Source of the DNA: Malacoraja senta
Lineage: Eukaryota
Length of the DNA: 64,000 nucleotides
Reading direction: 5' to 3'
Assembly: GCA_038087875.1 (NCBI GenBank)
Contig: CM075989.1
Location: 24,988,001-25,052,000, forward strand
Notes under the pieces: generated by a model
What the model was told of the DNA's origin: nothing
What the model saw: only the letters and a program-made list of their open reading frames with translations
Databases searched by the model: none
Program-made: the position numbers and the translations under genes
Shown here: in pieces, positions 26,976 through 39,473 of the stretch
How the letters are laid out: each line of letters starts with the position of its first letter
Position numbering within the stretch: the first letter of the stretch is position 1

Positions 26976-29214
26976 CAACAGTGAGTGTTGGAGTAGCCGC
27001 GGGACGGGCAGCCAGCTTCTGTGGAGGGAGACCCTTCCTTCTTCAGACTGAAGTCTGACATAGGGCTGGGTGGAACCCGCGGTGTCCATTCACGGGCTGG
27101 TTACCGCGCCCCACTCCCGGGGCCGGGGCCGGGTGGGGCTGGGGACGGGCGAGTGTAGCGCCGCGGCGCTCCATTCCCTCGGCTGTGTATGAGCGTTTTG
27201 CGAGCAGCCGCGCCGCCCCAATCACCCCTGGCGCTTCCGAACGACGGGCTGTGTTTTGTAGGGGGTGGGGATGTGGATGTTGGCCTGTCCGGCAAAGGGA
27301 GTTGGGACGCGTGAATTGCGAGCAATTCTGTTACACCGCGGTTTTGTAGTAATTCGTCCAAGTTACACAGGTCACTTTGTCATCCAAATTTAAAGGCGTA
27401 TTACGGTGCCGGTTCGAACAAAATTTGCCATAAAACCTGCTTTATTTTCCTGGTAACTAGTCAGGCATCAGCGAAGTTCGAAAAGAAATGGTGGATTTAA
27501 AGACGTTACTGGTCATCACGAAGCATTTTCTGCTGTTTTCGGTTTCACCATTTGCAATTATTTTTAAATCCGTGTGTGTAGTTACATGATTGGTGAGCGA
27601 GTTGCAATGTGTCATCGATCATGTCACAGTTTCCACCCTCCTCCCCAAACAAAGATTATACAGAATTCCGCCCAAATGTAACAACAAAACGGGTTTAAAA
27701 CAAGTTTCAGTGTTTGGGAGAGGAGGGGAAATTGACATAAACATATTAAAATGAACAATATATTGAAACGTTCTGATCCAGACGGAAGCTAATCGACCCA
27801 TCATGTCTGCTGGTAGAGAAAGATCCACCCGTCCATCCCGTCTCCAACCACTGGGCCCGCTGGATGCAAGCATACATCCAGATACTGTGGCCAGCGTTCT
27901 GCTTCCACTGCGGGCTCCCCTCCCCTCCCATCCTCTGTGAAATTATTTTACTTCACCCGAACAGTACTTCTCAATTTACGCTGCCAGTTTTTTACAGATC
28001 TTTACCGAGGAATACCTCATTCCTGTTTGTTCTATCTATGTCCCATTAAGTCTCCTCTCAACTACCTATGTCCAAAAGAAACACAATTCAAGGCCACTGA
28101 ATCTTTTCTAAAGGTTATAGTTTTCCAATTCTGGCGACATTTTCTTCGACACTATCTCCCCATAATCACATCTTTCCGGTGAAATGACCAGAATTGTAGA
28201 GGGTGCTCAAGCCAACTTGTTTTCAAAAGTGCTGGAGTAACTCAGCGGGTTAAGCAGCATCTCTGGAGAAAAAGGATGGGTGACATTCTCACTTTGACAA
28301 CACCCTTCTTCAGAGCATTGTCAAAATGAGAATCAAACTTGTTTACAGCTCTAGTATAACTTCCCTAGTCTTGCATTCTATGCCTTGGCTCATAGAGCAA
28401 ACCATCCTTGTACCTTAGGTGACCTATGCTGCTACCTTTGTGATATATGGAAATAAGCTCCAAAGACGCTGTGTTCCTTCACGTCAAGTGTTGTCCTATT
28501 TAAGTCCTTGCTTTGTTGCACCACCCAAATGCATGATCTCACATTTCTTGGATTCAATTTCATTTGCTGTTTTTCTGTCCATCTGATCATGCCATCTATA
28601 TCTTCCTACAGTCTGTGATTTTCCTCCTCGCGTTCAATGACATTGCCACTGGTGGCATCACCTACAAACTTACTTGCAGATAAACCCACTACGTTTAGGA
28701 TTGCATCGATGTATATTACACAAAATAACTTGGTGATTGCAGGAATCAGTGCTGGGACCTCTGTTATTGTAATATACATTCATGATTTGGATGAAAATGT
28801 AATTAGCACAAACCATATTGATTAATCCTAATAACATTTCATAAGCCCCTTTTAGCTCTCCTAATTCTTTCTTTCCTGCTTCCTGTATATTCCTCAAACG
28901 CTTTGTCTGATTTCTTCTCAACATTACATATGCTTCCTTCTTCTTTCTGACTTAACTTCCGATATCTCTTGTCATCCAAGATTCCTGAACTTTGCCATCC
29001 TGATCTTTCATCCTCATGGAGACATGTTAAACCAGTAATCTAATCATCTAGTCCTTTGTCGGCTGTGGATTCACACTCCTCAAAACTCAATATTCTGAGA
29101 CATAAAAAGCAAAGTGAAAACAGAAGATCTATTTCTCTATACAACACATATGTAACCAATGGGAGGCATAGATTAAACAACAGCAGATTTTAAGACTCAC
29201 ACGTTAGACTTGGG

Positions 29215-29515
29215 AGAGTCTGGAACCAGACAGCACAACCTCAGAATAAAGGTCGCTCCTTCAGAACAGAGGAGGAATTTCTTTAACTAAAGGGTTGTGA
29301 ATCTGTGGAATTCATTGCCACAGATGGCTGTGGAGGCCAATTCATTGTGTATTTTTAAAGCAGAGATTGATAATTTCTTGATTTGCAAGGGTCAAAGGTT
29401 ACGGGGAGAAGGCAGTTGAATGGGGTTGAAAGGGAAAGGTAAATCATGCATGATCGAATGGAGGAGCAGACTAGATGGCCTGAATGACCTAAGTGTGCTC
29501 CTATGTCTTATGGCC
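29215..29515 (+). mobile_element. CR1 LINE 3' end
   Basis: Similar to 23160-23420. Confidence 0.75.
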
Positions 29516-30084
29516 TTGTGGACTTTTATAAATATGTTTGCACTGGGCCCTATCCAGAGAATGCTTTGTACAATCTGGAAATGTTTTTCTTTTTGTAACT
29601 GTGTAGCAGAATTGCAGCCACGTGAAGGCTGGTGGGAAACATGAACGAGGCAGCAACTGGTCAAACCTCTCACTCCCAGTAGATTTCTCTTCCACTCAAT
29701 GTATAGCCAACAACAGGAGTTTTTTTTGCAGTGCCATAGACTAATGAAACCGTATAAAAAGTGTGGATAAGGTGCTTACTGTTGTGATGCGCGGAGCTTC
29801 AGGGCAAAGATAATTCGTAACCTAGAGTGGCTACACTCCTTCGTAGTCACCTCCACCTCAACGCCTGGCAGCCAGCATCGCTGAAAGGATAATTAAAAAA
29901 TAACATCCAAGGCCATGGAAAAAAAACACAATTTGTAGTTGCGACTTTCTCGCTGATCCCATTCACGGAACCAGAACCATCCGGAGCATCATCCGGAAGA
30001 TTATGTGCAGCATACCTTAACTACTCACCTGCCTTCATTGAGATGCAGTCTCTGGACCACTTCAACTTAGTGTTGGTGTGTACA

Positions 30085-30348
30085 GAGGGAGTGGGCCAGA
30101 GAGAGGGAGAGAGTGGGCCAGAGAGAGGGAGAGAGTGGGCCAGAGATAGGGAGAGAGTGGGTCAGAGAGAGAGAGTGTGGGTCAGAGAGAGGCAGTGGGT
30201 CAGAGAGAGAGAGAGAGAGAGAGAGTGGGTCAGAGAGAGAGAGAGTGGGTCAGAGAGAGAGAGAGTGCGTCAGAGAGAGAGAGAGTGGGTCAGAGAAAGA
30301 GAGAGTGGGTCAGAGAGAGAGTGCGTCAGAGAGAGAGAGAGAGAGAGA
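30085..30348. repeat. (GA)n-GTGGGTCA minisatellite
   Basis: Tandem units of gagagagagtgggtca with a variable GA tract. Confidence 0.95.
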
Positions 30349-30569
30349 ATGCACTGCTTTCTGACAAAGGGATTCAATACTGGCAGAGTAAAGAAGAAAC
30401 ATGGAACATCCTGTTCCTGCTTTCTCTTAAATTAGATTACATTCCAGCCATTCCCCATCTGTCAAGCTGAAATGATCTGCTGAAAATGCAGTCCAGCCCT
30501 TTCATCATATTCTGTACCTCTATAAGATTGTTGCTAAGCCCATGCAACAATGAGAAGACAGGAAAAAAA

Positions 30570-30785
30570 CTCAAGTGCTGGAGTAACTCAGCGGGACAGG
30601 CAGGATCTCTGGATAAAAGAAATTGGTGACGTTTTGGGTCGAGACCCTTCAGTCTGAAGAAGGTTCTCGACCCGAAACGTCACCCATTTCTTCTATCTCG
30701 AGATGCTGCCTGTCCCGCTGAGTTACACCAACATTTTGTGTCTATCTTCGGTGTAAACCAGCATCTGCAGTTCCTTTCTACACAT
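30570..30785. mobile_element. Penelope-like repeat, inverted pair with intact hammerhead core (30654-30681, +)
   Basis: CTGAAGA-a-ggttctcgaccc-GAAA-c-GTC. Confidence 0.75.
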
Positions 30786-31589
30786 TTGGTATATGCAAGT
30801 ATGTGTGTGTGTGTATACACACACTGAACTTTTAAAAATCAATTATTATATTGTTTACAGTGTTCTATGTTGCCAGTAAGAATTTCACTGTTGCCAGTAA
30901 GAATTTCATTGTTCTATCCGGGACATATGACAATAAAACACTCTTGACTCCTAATATGTTTAGCTTTTGCATTTCAACCTGTTCTTGTAAATGAGCATAC
31001 ACCTTCACATTCACAGACCTGGTTTCAATTGAATGTAAGAAGCCGACCAAGGCAACAACTTCATGCACCAGTTTAAAACATTGACCTCATTACCACTCAC
31101 TAAATGTTAGAAACTGGTCCCTTATTTTAAGTAACACACAAAGTAAAGGATGTGGAATTAATTTTAAGATTGATATGGTCTGGAACTGTGAAATCATTGT
31201 TTCAAATGTTTTGATTAGCTCCAGTGAAATGAGTAACTTTTTAATATGAAGTGCAATGTAAAATAAAAATCCCAGCCCTTTGTCCTAGTAACTGTTAGCA
31301 ATCTCTGATTACCATGTTTTACTGTATATGGCCGGTAAAAAATAAATCAAAGAAATAAAACTAGTTTGAACAGATAGGTTTACAGATTGGGGCAGTGCTA
31401 TAGGAACTTTGGTAAATTTCAAGAGATTTAAAAATAAAAGTGAAAACCATAAACCTGACTACAAACATGGGTAATTTAGTCATTTTTTATAACTCTTTAA
31501 TAACGTATAACTAAATGAACAGAGTAGATTTTACTGCAGAGCTTTGCGTGTTGGGAGCAGGTGCAGTCCCTTCAAACATTCAAGTTAAC

Positions 31590-32032
31590 ATATGATGAGC
31601 TTTAGCAGGCACTGGGCCTGTACTCGCTGGAGTTTAGAAGGCTGAGCAGGGACCTCATTGAAACTTACCGAATAGTGAAAGGCCTGGATAGAGTGGATGT
31701 GGAGAGGATGTTTCCACTAGTGGGAGAGTTTAGGACCAGAGGCCATAGCCTCAAAATAAAAGAACATATCTTTAGAAACAAGATGAGAAGGAATGTCTTT
31801 AGTTAGAGGGTGATCTGTGGAATTCATTGCCACAGACAGCTGTGGAGGCCAAGTCAATGGATATTTTTAAAGCATAGATTGACAGATCCTTGATTAGTAA
31901 GGGTGTGAGGGGTTATGGGAGAGGGCAGGAGAATGGGGTTGAGAGGGAGAGATAGACCAGCCATGATTGGATGGTGGAGTAGACTTGATGGGCCGAATTG
32001 CCTAATTCTGCTCCTATCGCTTATGAACTTAT
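31590..32032 (+). mobile_element. CR1 LINE 3' end
   Basis: ORF2 C-terminus plus 3' UTR shared with 23160-23420 and 29215-29515. Confidence 0.8.
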
Positions 32033-32736
32033 GAGCATCTGCTGTGTCCCAATGGGCAAATAACATTAATCACCTTCCAGGATAATTGGCATCTATAGCA
32101 AAGGCCAGTTACAAAATATTAAGCACACAGACTATGTTGAGTAGTTCAGTATTCGTTAACAAACACCTAACTGACCTCTTTGGCCTTGTACTAGTTGATA
32201 TGGCTGATGGGTTCTTCCAGTCTCCCCTCACCCTCACCCTCCCCTATCTAATCAGCCTTCAAAACTCCCGTCCTTCAACCTGCCTACCTGGCCATTTACA
32301 ATCTGTTTCCTCTTGAATGATCTCAGGTGTTTTGTGGAACCCCAGATGGTGCTTCTCTTTATGGAGCTCCTCATTTGATAACATCTAATCAGATTCACCC
32401 TGGTTCAATCCTCAACCATTACATATCAGTTATATTTTAGGTGATTGTGATCATGGCAAAGTAACTTTCATTATTTATCTTGTTGGGTGACCATAAGGTC
32501 CTCCCTCTGGAATGCCTGTCCATGTGGATGACATCATCTGTGCCTGGTTCCAATACAAAGCTAGAGAGTCATCTGTAATGGCTTTCCTTCCATACCCAGC
32601 AGAGTTCCTCTAGATTTACCAAAGACCTACTCGGACCTCCCCTTTATCTCAACTGTACGTTGTCTATTCACAAACTCCAATTCTCCAGTAACCTCAGAAC
32701 TCTTCTAAAGGCTCTGACTGGTCCCTCTGCTCACCT

Positions 32737-32874
32737 CTTCTTCTTGCGTATGGCGTGCACAGCCTAAAGTTGTAGGACAACTTGTTCTATTTGATCTTAT
32801 TTGATTGTGCACGCCAGGTTGATTGCATTCGTCGAAACAGGGCGGACCACGTGAAGGTTGCAATCTTCCACCCC
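32737..32874 (-). mobile_element. 138-bp non-autonomous retroelement with 5' HDV-like ribozyme (family A, intact copy)
   Basis: TSD tctgctcacct (32726-32736 / 32875-32885). Minus strand starts GGGGTGG and ends gccatacgcAAGAAGAAG. Homologous to 1414-1554. Confidence 0.9.
32821..32874 (-). ncRNA. Minimal HDV-like (CPEB3-type) self-cleaving ribozyme, 54 nt
   Basis: GGGGUGG-AA-GAUUGCA-ACC-UUCACGU-GGU-CCGCCCU-GU-UUCGA-C-GAA-UGCAAUC: P1 7 bp with G1.U, P2 7 bp perfect, P3 3 bp, L3 UUCACGU, catalytic C in CGAA. Confidence 0.88.
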
Positions 32875-34189
32875 TCTGCTCACCTGACATGCATTCATCG
32901 ATGGGCAGAAAGTTCCTTCAATTAAATAATGGGAAGACTGGAACCATTGTTTTGCCGCACTATTTAATCCCCATCCAGTTATTACATCCTCCTTGCATCT
33001 GTCTGAAGTGAATTGTAGAGTTTATGGAGGGTGGAAGGTTAGAGTTATAAGGAGAGGCCTGAAAGGAAAGCTCTTTTTTCCTGGAGTACAGGAGGCTGTG
33101 TTGACCTTACAGACGTTGACCACATCATGAGGGGCATAGATAATGCCACTGTCTTTTCGTAGGGTGGAGGAGTTTAATACTTGTTCACAGCCGAAATGTA
33201 GAGGAATGGGGAAACATAGCAAGATCCCACAAACACCCTCATTGGTTTGATTTTACTCTTGATTCATCAACATCCTCCATGGCATATATGTTCTCAACAA
33301 TAACTGTAACTGATGTAGCGCAGAATTTATGCTGATGATCTTCAATAAAGCCTGCACCGAGATTGTTCAGTGTACGTCAGTGATCCCTTAAAGCCACGAA
33401 CCAACAAAACTGCAACTGTCCATTCTGCTTTAAGAAAATGAAGAGAAGAATGCATTTGGATAATACCTTTCAGAACGTTGGGGCCTTCCAAGGTAGTTTG
33501 TAGACAATGTAGTTTTATTAAAGGTGTTTGCTGTTGTAATTAAAGAAATACAGCTGCCAGTTTACATGCAGTGAGGTTCCTCAAACAGTGATATGATAAA
33601 GACCAACTGTTTTACTGATGTTGATTGCGGGCCATTAGATTTTACCAATTGAAGTGTCATTGGGAATGACTTGATGCCAATGGAAGTGAAGATGTATGGC
33701 ATGTAAAAAGATTGCTAGTCCAACTCAACTCAGAGCTGTTGAATTTCTTATTTGAATCTTCAACTCCCTCTCTCTCCCTTTCTTTCTGTTTCTCTGAAAC
33801 AAGCACCTTGAACGTTTCAGTCATTTACCTCAATAGCTCGATCTTTGGTTAAGCATGAAATCATGTTTCGTTACCATCCTTTTAAGCATCCCTAGACCCC
33901 TAACTTCATTAGAGGTCATCTATCTAAGCCAAGGCAGTGATGTGCTTTCCTGTGCTTCAGGCTCCGCCCAGCAAAAGAGAAGATCAAGTGGGCAAAATAT
34001 ATTTTATTGAAATGTAGCTTTACAATGGCACAACCTTATAGTTGGTCTGTTTAATATTATTATAATAACGGGGCAATCTCTGTAAACTAGGTCTACCTGA
34101 TCTTACAGCCTCTCTTCTTCATAAACTGCGATGAAGGTAAGGGATCATTAATAAAAAAGTCCAATAGTTTATGATCACCTAATAATAAT

Positions 34190-34490
34190 CAAGTGGCAGA
34201 GCTGGTAGAGCCGTTGCCTCACAGATGCTGGTTCAATCCTGACCTTGACGGCTGTGTCTGGGTGATTTGCACTTTCTCATTGTGATCACATGTTATACCC
34301 CAGGTACTCCAGTTTCCTCCCACATCTGGAAGGCTGATGAACCAATGTAAATTGTCGTTATTGTTTTCGTGAGTGGTAGAATCTGGGGGGAATGTGGGGA
34401 AAATGGGAATAATATAGGATTAGTTGATGATTGACATGGACTCAATGGGCCAAAAGACCTGTTTTCATGCTGTAGTTCACTATAACTCCA
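34190..34490 (+). mobile_element. HE1-like SINE, diverged
   Basis: tRNA-like head, V-like domain and tail recognisable. Confidence 0.65.
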
Positions 34491-35089
34491 GATGAATAGT
34501 CCACATCCAGCATTCTGTTACAATTATACAGCATGCTATAGTGAGTTCTTTTTTTTTTCAGTTTGTGTATCTATTAAAAAGGAATGTTTCCTGGTTTCCT
34601 CACAGCTATGGCATCCCAGACCAATTGTTATTCCCAGCTCTTAAAGTATTGAAAGCATTTGGCCAATTCCCAGAAATTCTTTCAAACTGTTTCATTGTAA
34701 TCACTGAATGTCAACGGAAAATCTAGAAGGTTTTGCTGCGATGTTTTTGTGTAATTTACAGATATCCATTGAGACCAGTTTAATAAATGATGACATGAAA
34801 TGAAAACCTTTTAGTCCCTAAAATTACACTGTAGTGACAGTTAAATTAATATTTGTTGCAATCACTTTCCAAAGGGAAACAGTCATAAAACTTACAGACC
34901 TCACCCCATCGGTATGGATGTGCTGCTATGCCTGATACTTCTGGGTTCTTGGACAATTTCCTGGCACTCATAAAAAGCATGGTGCGTTTAGGTGGGGAGA
35001 CTTCACCTGGATTGAAAGAGTAAAGGAGAGGTAGCCAATATAAAGAAATATATGGGGGTGGGGCAAGAACTGGCAAGCAATAGATGGAA

Positions 35090-35295
35090 AGACACAGTGC
35101 TGGAGTAACTCAGCGGGTCATGCAGCATGTCTGGAGAACAAGGACACAGGACATTTAGGGTCAGTACCCTTCTTCAGAACTGACCTAAACATCACCTATC
35201 TGTTCTTCAAGGATGTTGCCTGACCCGCTGAGTTACTCCAGCATTTTGTGTCTTTTCTTAGTGAACCAGCATCTGCAGTTCCTTGTTTCTACTAA
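35090..35295. mobile_element. Penelope-like repeat, inverted pair
   Basis: Same family. Confidence 0.65.
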
Positions 35296-35619
35296 CCAAT
35301 AGGCAGATTGAGGAGAGGAGGGGTTGATTGGTAGGTAGAGTCAGGTGGGGGAGGGAAGGGTGGAAATAGCGAGAGAGGCTGGGAGCTGAGAGGTGGGGGC
35401 AAAAGGCGCTGTAGATGATGGAATCTGATAGGACAGGAAGATGAAGCATGGAACCAAATTAGAGAGATAGTGGGCAGAGGGGAAGCGTGGAGGGAGGGGA
35501 CCCACTGTGTGGGTGAGGAGAGGAGAGTGATTGGGTTATTGACTCCTGGGCAATGTTTATCCATTGACTAACATGACTGCAATAGACTACAGGCCTGTTG
35601 TTGTTTGTGGGATCTTAGA

Positions 35620-35910
35620 AACATATAACATACGTACAGGAGGAGGCCATTCGGCCCTTCGAGCCTGCACCACCATTCATTGTGATCATGGCTGATCATC
35701 CACAATCAGTAACCCGTGCCTGCCTTCTCCCCATATCCCTTGATTCCGCTAGCCCCTAGAGCTCTATCTAACTCTCTTTTAAATTCATCCAGTGAATTGG
35801 CCTCTACTGCCTTCTGTGGCAGGGAATTCCACAAATTCACAACTCTCTGGATGAAAACTTTTTTCTCATCTCAGTTTTAAATGGCCTCTTCTTTATTCTT
35901 GGACTGTGGA
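35620..35910 (-). mobile_element. CR1 LINE 3' end
   Basis: Reverse complement of a CR1 ORF2 end and 3' UTR. Confidence 0.75.
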
Positions 35911-36154
35911 CTTAGACACATATTGCTATGTGAAATTTGCCGCTACATTTCTACATTACAGCAGCAACTACACACTTAAGTACATTATTATTGGGTATAA
36001 ACATCCTCATGCCATGGAAGGCCTGAAAAGTACATGTCTATCTCACTGGTCACGAAAAAGGCTATAAAGTGCCTGGTCAGGAGATGAGGTGCTGCCACTA
36101 AGTAGAATTCTCACTTCATTGAGACACATTAATGCCACGGGTGAAAGGTTATAT

Positions 36155-36290
36155 TGTAGAAACAAGGAACTGCAGATGCTGGTTAATACAAAATAGGACA
36201 TAAAGTGCTGGAGTAACTCAGCGGACCAGGCAGCATCTCTGGAGAACATGGATAGATGACGTTTCGGGTCGGGACCCTTCTTCAGACTGT
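36155..36290 (-). mobile_element. Penelope-like repeat with intact minimal hammerhead core (36258-36285)
   Basis: Minus strand CTGAAGA-a-GGGTCccGACCC-GAAA-c-GTC. Confidence 0.75.
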
Positions 36291-36959
36291 TGCTGTTCCT
36301 AGAATAAGTTGGCCGTAGAATTTTTGAGCTACTTTACTTACTGTATGTACAATACCATAAACCACTTTGCGCGGGGAAGTTGCTTAATTATCATATTGGC
36401 CAGCGATATAGGCAGCATCTCTTGAGAGAAAGAATGGGTGACGTTTCGGGTCGAGACCTTTCTTCAGTAATTCTGCTAATCAATAATCAGCCTCCAGGAG
36501 ACTGGGTCTTTGGGCAAACCACATCGGAGAATTGTCAGTGGAAACTGTGGTCTTAACACTCCTTGCTGGAAGAGGTCAGCCTCTGCCAACTTGGAGAGTC
36601 CATGCCGTTTCTGGGCCATTGATCTGGTCCTTTAATGAACACGTTCCCTAGGATTCTACCGTAATGGTGCTCAAGTAGCAAACCCTGCCTGAAATAGATT
36701 CATAAGCTGCTGGGGTTCCATCCTTACAGTCACTTCCTCTACTCTCACCATAATCCAGCCACAGTCACAATCTTTTCTGCACATGGTTAGGCAAACTAGT
36801 CTCACCACATGGAACTATTCACTGGGTCAAAAGCTAAACCTGTTTCCTCATTATGCCTGAAACAAAAATATTATCTCCAGTTTGTCCTATCAGAACAACT
36901 CATACATGAAAGATTAAAACTAAACCTCCCAACTTGATTTCCATTCCTCTCCATGAATG

Positions 36960-38892
36960 ACCACTACACCAGTAAACCCCTACACCAGTAGACCCCTACA
37001 CCACTACACCAGTAGACCCCTACACCACTACACCAGTAGACGCCCTACACCAGTAGACCCCTACAGCACTACACCAGTAGACCCCTACACCACTAGACCC
37101 CTACACCAGTAGACCCCTACAGCACTACACCAGTAGACCCCTACACCACTACACCACTAGACCCCTACACCAGTAGACCCCTACAGCACTACACCAGTAG
37201 ACCCCTACACCACTACACCACTAGACCCCTACACCAGTAGACCCCTACACAACTACACCAGTAGACCCCTACACCACTAGACAACTACACCAGTAAACCC
37301 CTACACCAGCAGACCCCTACACCCCTACACCAGTAGACTCCTACACCACTACACCAGCAGACCCCTACACCAGTAAACCCCTACACCAGTAGACCCCTAC
37401 ACCACTACACCAGCAGAACCCCACACCAGTAGACCCCTACACCAGCAGACCCCTACACCAGTACACCACTACACCAGTACACCACTACACCAGTAGACCC
37501 GTACACCAGTAGACCTGGACACCAGTAGACCCGGACACCAGTAGACCACACCAGTAGACCACTACACCAGTAGACCCCTACACCAGTAGACCCCTACACC
37601 AGTAAACCCCTACACCAGTAGACCCCTACACCAGTAGACCCCTACACCAGTAGACCCCTACACCACTACACCAGCAGAACCCCACACCAGTAGACCCCTA
37701 CACCAGCAGACCCCTACACCAGTACACCACTACACCAGTACACCACTACACCAGTAGACCCGTACACCAGTAGACCCGGACACCAGTAGACCACACCAGC
37801 AGACCCCTACACCAGTAAACCCCTACACCAGTAGACCACTACCCCCTACACCAGCAGACCCCTACACCAGTAAACCCCTACACCAGTAGACCACTACCCC
37901 CTACACCAGCAAACCCCTACACCAGCAAACCCCTACACCAGTAGACCCCTACACCAGTAAACACTACACCAGTAGACCACTACACCAGTAGACCCCTACA
38001 CCAGCAGACCCCTACACCAGTAAACACTACACCAGTAGACCACTACACCAGCAGACCCCTACACCAGTAAACACTACACCAGTAGACCACTACACCAGCA
38101 GACCCCTACACCAGTAAACACTACACCAGTAGACCACTACACCAGTAGACCACTACACCAGCAGACCCCTACACCAGTAAACACTACACCAGTAGACCAC
38201 TACACCAGCAAACCCCTACACCAGCAAACCCCTACACCAGCAGACCCCTACACCAGTAAACACTACACCAGTAGACCACTACACCAGTAGACCACTACAC
38301 CAGTAGACCACTACACCAGCAGACCCCTACACCAGTAAACACTACACCAGCAGACCCCTACACCAGTAAACACTACACCAGTAGACCACTACACCAGCAG
38401 ACCCCTACACCAGTAAACACTACACCAGCAGACCCCTACACCAGTAGACCACTACACCAGCAGACCCCTACACCAGTAAACACTACACCAGTAGACCACT
38501 ACACCAGCAGACCCCTACACCAGTAAACACTACACCAGTAGACCCCTACACCAGTAAACACTACACCAGTAGACCACTACACCAGCAGACCCCTACACCA
38601 GTAAACACTACACCAGTAGACCACTACACCAGCAGACCCCTACACCAGTAAACACTACACCAGTAGACCACTACACCAGCAGACCCCTACACCAGCAGAC
38701 CCCTACACCAGTAGACCACTACACCAGCAGACCCCTACACCAGTAAACACTACACCAGCAGACCCCTACACCAGTAGACCACTACACCAGCAGACCCCTA
38801 CACCAGTAAACACTACACCAGTAGACCACTACACCAGCAGACCCCTACACCAGTAAACACTACACCAGCAGACCCCTACACCAGTAGACCAC
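36960..38892. repeat. Minisatellite built on ctacaccag(t/c)a(g/a)ac(cc/ca), ~14-16 bp units
   Basis: Continuous ~1.9-kb array running into the assembly gap. Confidence 0.97.
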
Positions 38893-39092
38893 NNNNNNNN
38901 NNNNNNNNNNNNNNNNNNNNNNNNNNNNNNNNNNNNNNNNNNNNNNNNNNNNNNNNNNNNNNNNNNNNNNNNNNNNNNNNNNNNNNNNNNNNNNNNNNNN
39001 NNNNNNNNNNNNNNNNNNNNNNNNNNNNNNNNNNNNNNNNNNNNNNNNNNNNNNNNNNNNNNNNNNNNNNNNNNNNNNNNNNNNNNNNNNNN
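38893..39092. other. Assembly gap (200 N)
   Basis: Run of N. Confidence 1.
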
Positions 39093-39473
39093 GCACATGG
39101 TATTGGGGGTAGAGTGCTGACATGGATGGAAAATTGGTTGCCAGACAGGAAACAAAGAGTAGGGATTAACGGGTCCCTTTCAGAATGGCAGGAAGTGACT
39201 AGTAGGGTACTGCAAGACTTGGTGCTGGGACCGCAGCTATTTACAATATATATTGATGATTTAGGTGAAGGGATTACAAGTAACATTAGCAAATTTGCAG
39301 ATGACACAAAGCTGGGTGGCAGTGTGAACTGTGAGGAGGATGCTATGAGAATGCAGGGTGACTTGGACAGGTTGGGCGAGTGGGCAGATGAATGGCAGAT
39401 GCAGTTTAATGTGGATAAATGTGAGGTTATCCACTTTGGTAGCAAAAACAGGAAGGCAGATTATTATCTAAAT
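39093..39473 (+). mobile_element. CR1 (HER1-like) LINE RT fragment
   Basis: RKQRVGINGSLSEWQEVTS...LGPQLFTIYIDDL...ISKFADDTKLGG. Confidence 0.92.

Noticed and set aside
29590..29665. Minus-strand AGCC-TTCACGT-GGCT resembling the P3/L3 of another HDV-like ribozyme
   Set aside because: No G after the putative P1', no CGAA-type J4/2, no convincing P2, and no TSD or AAG tail.
30043..30470. Arg/Glu-rich ORFs
   Set aside because: Translation of the (GA)n minisatellite.
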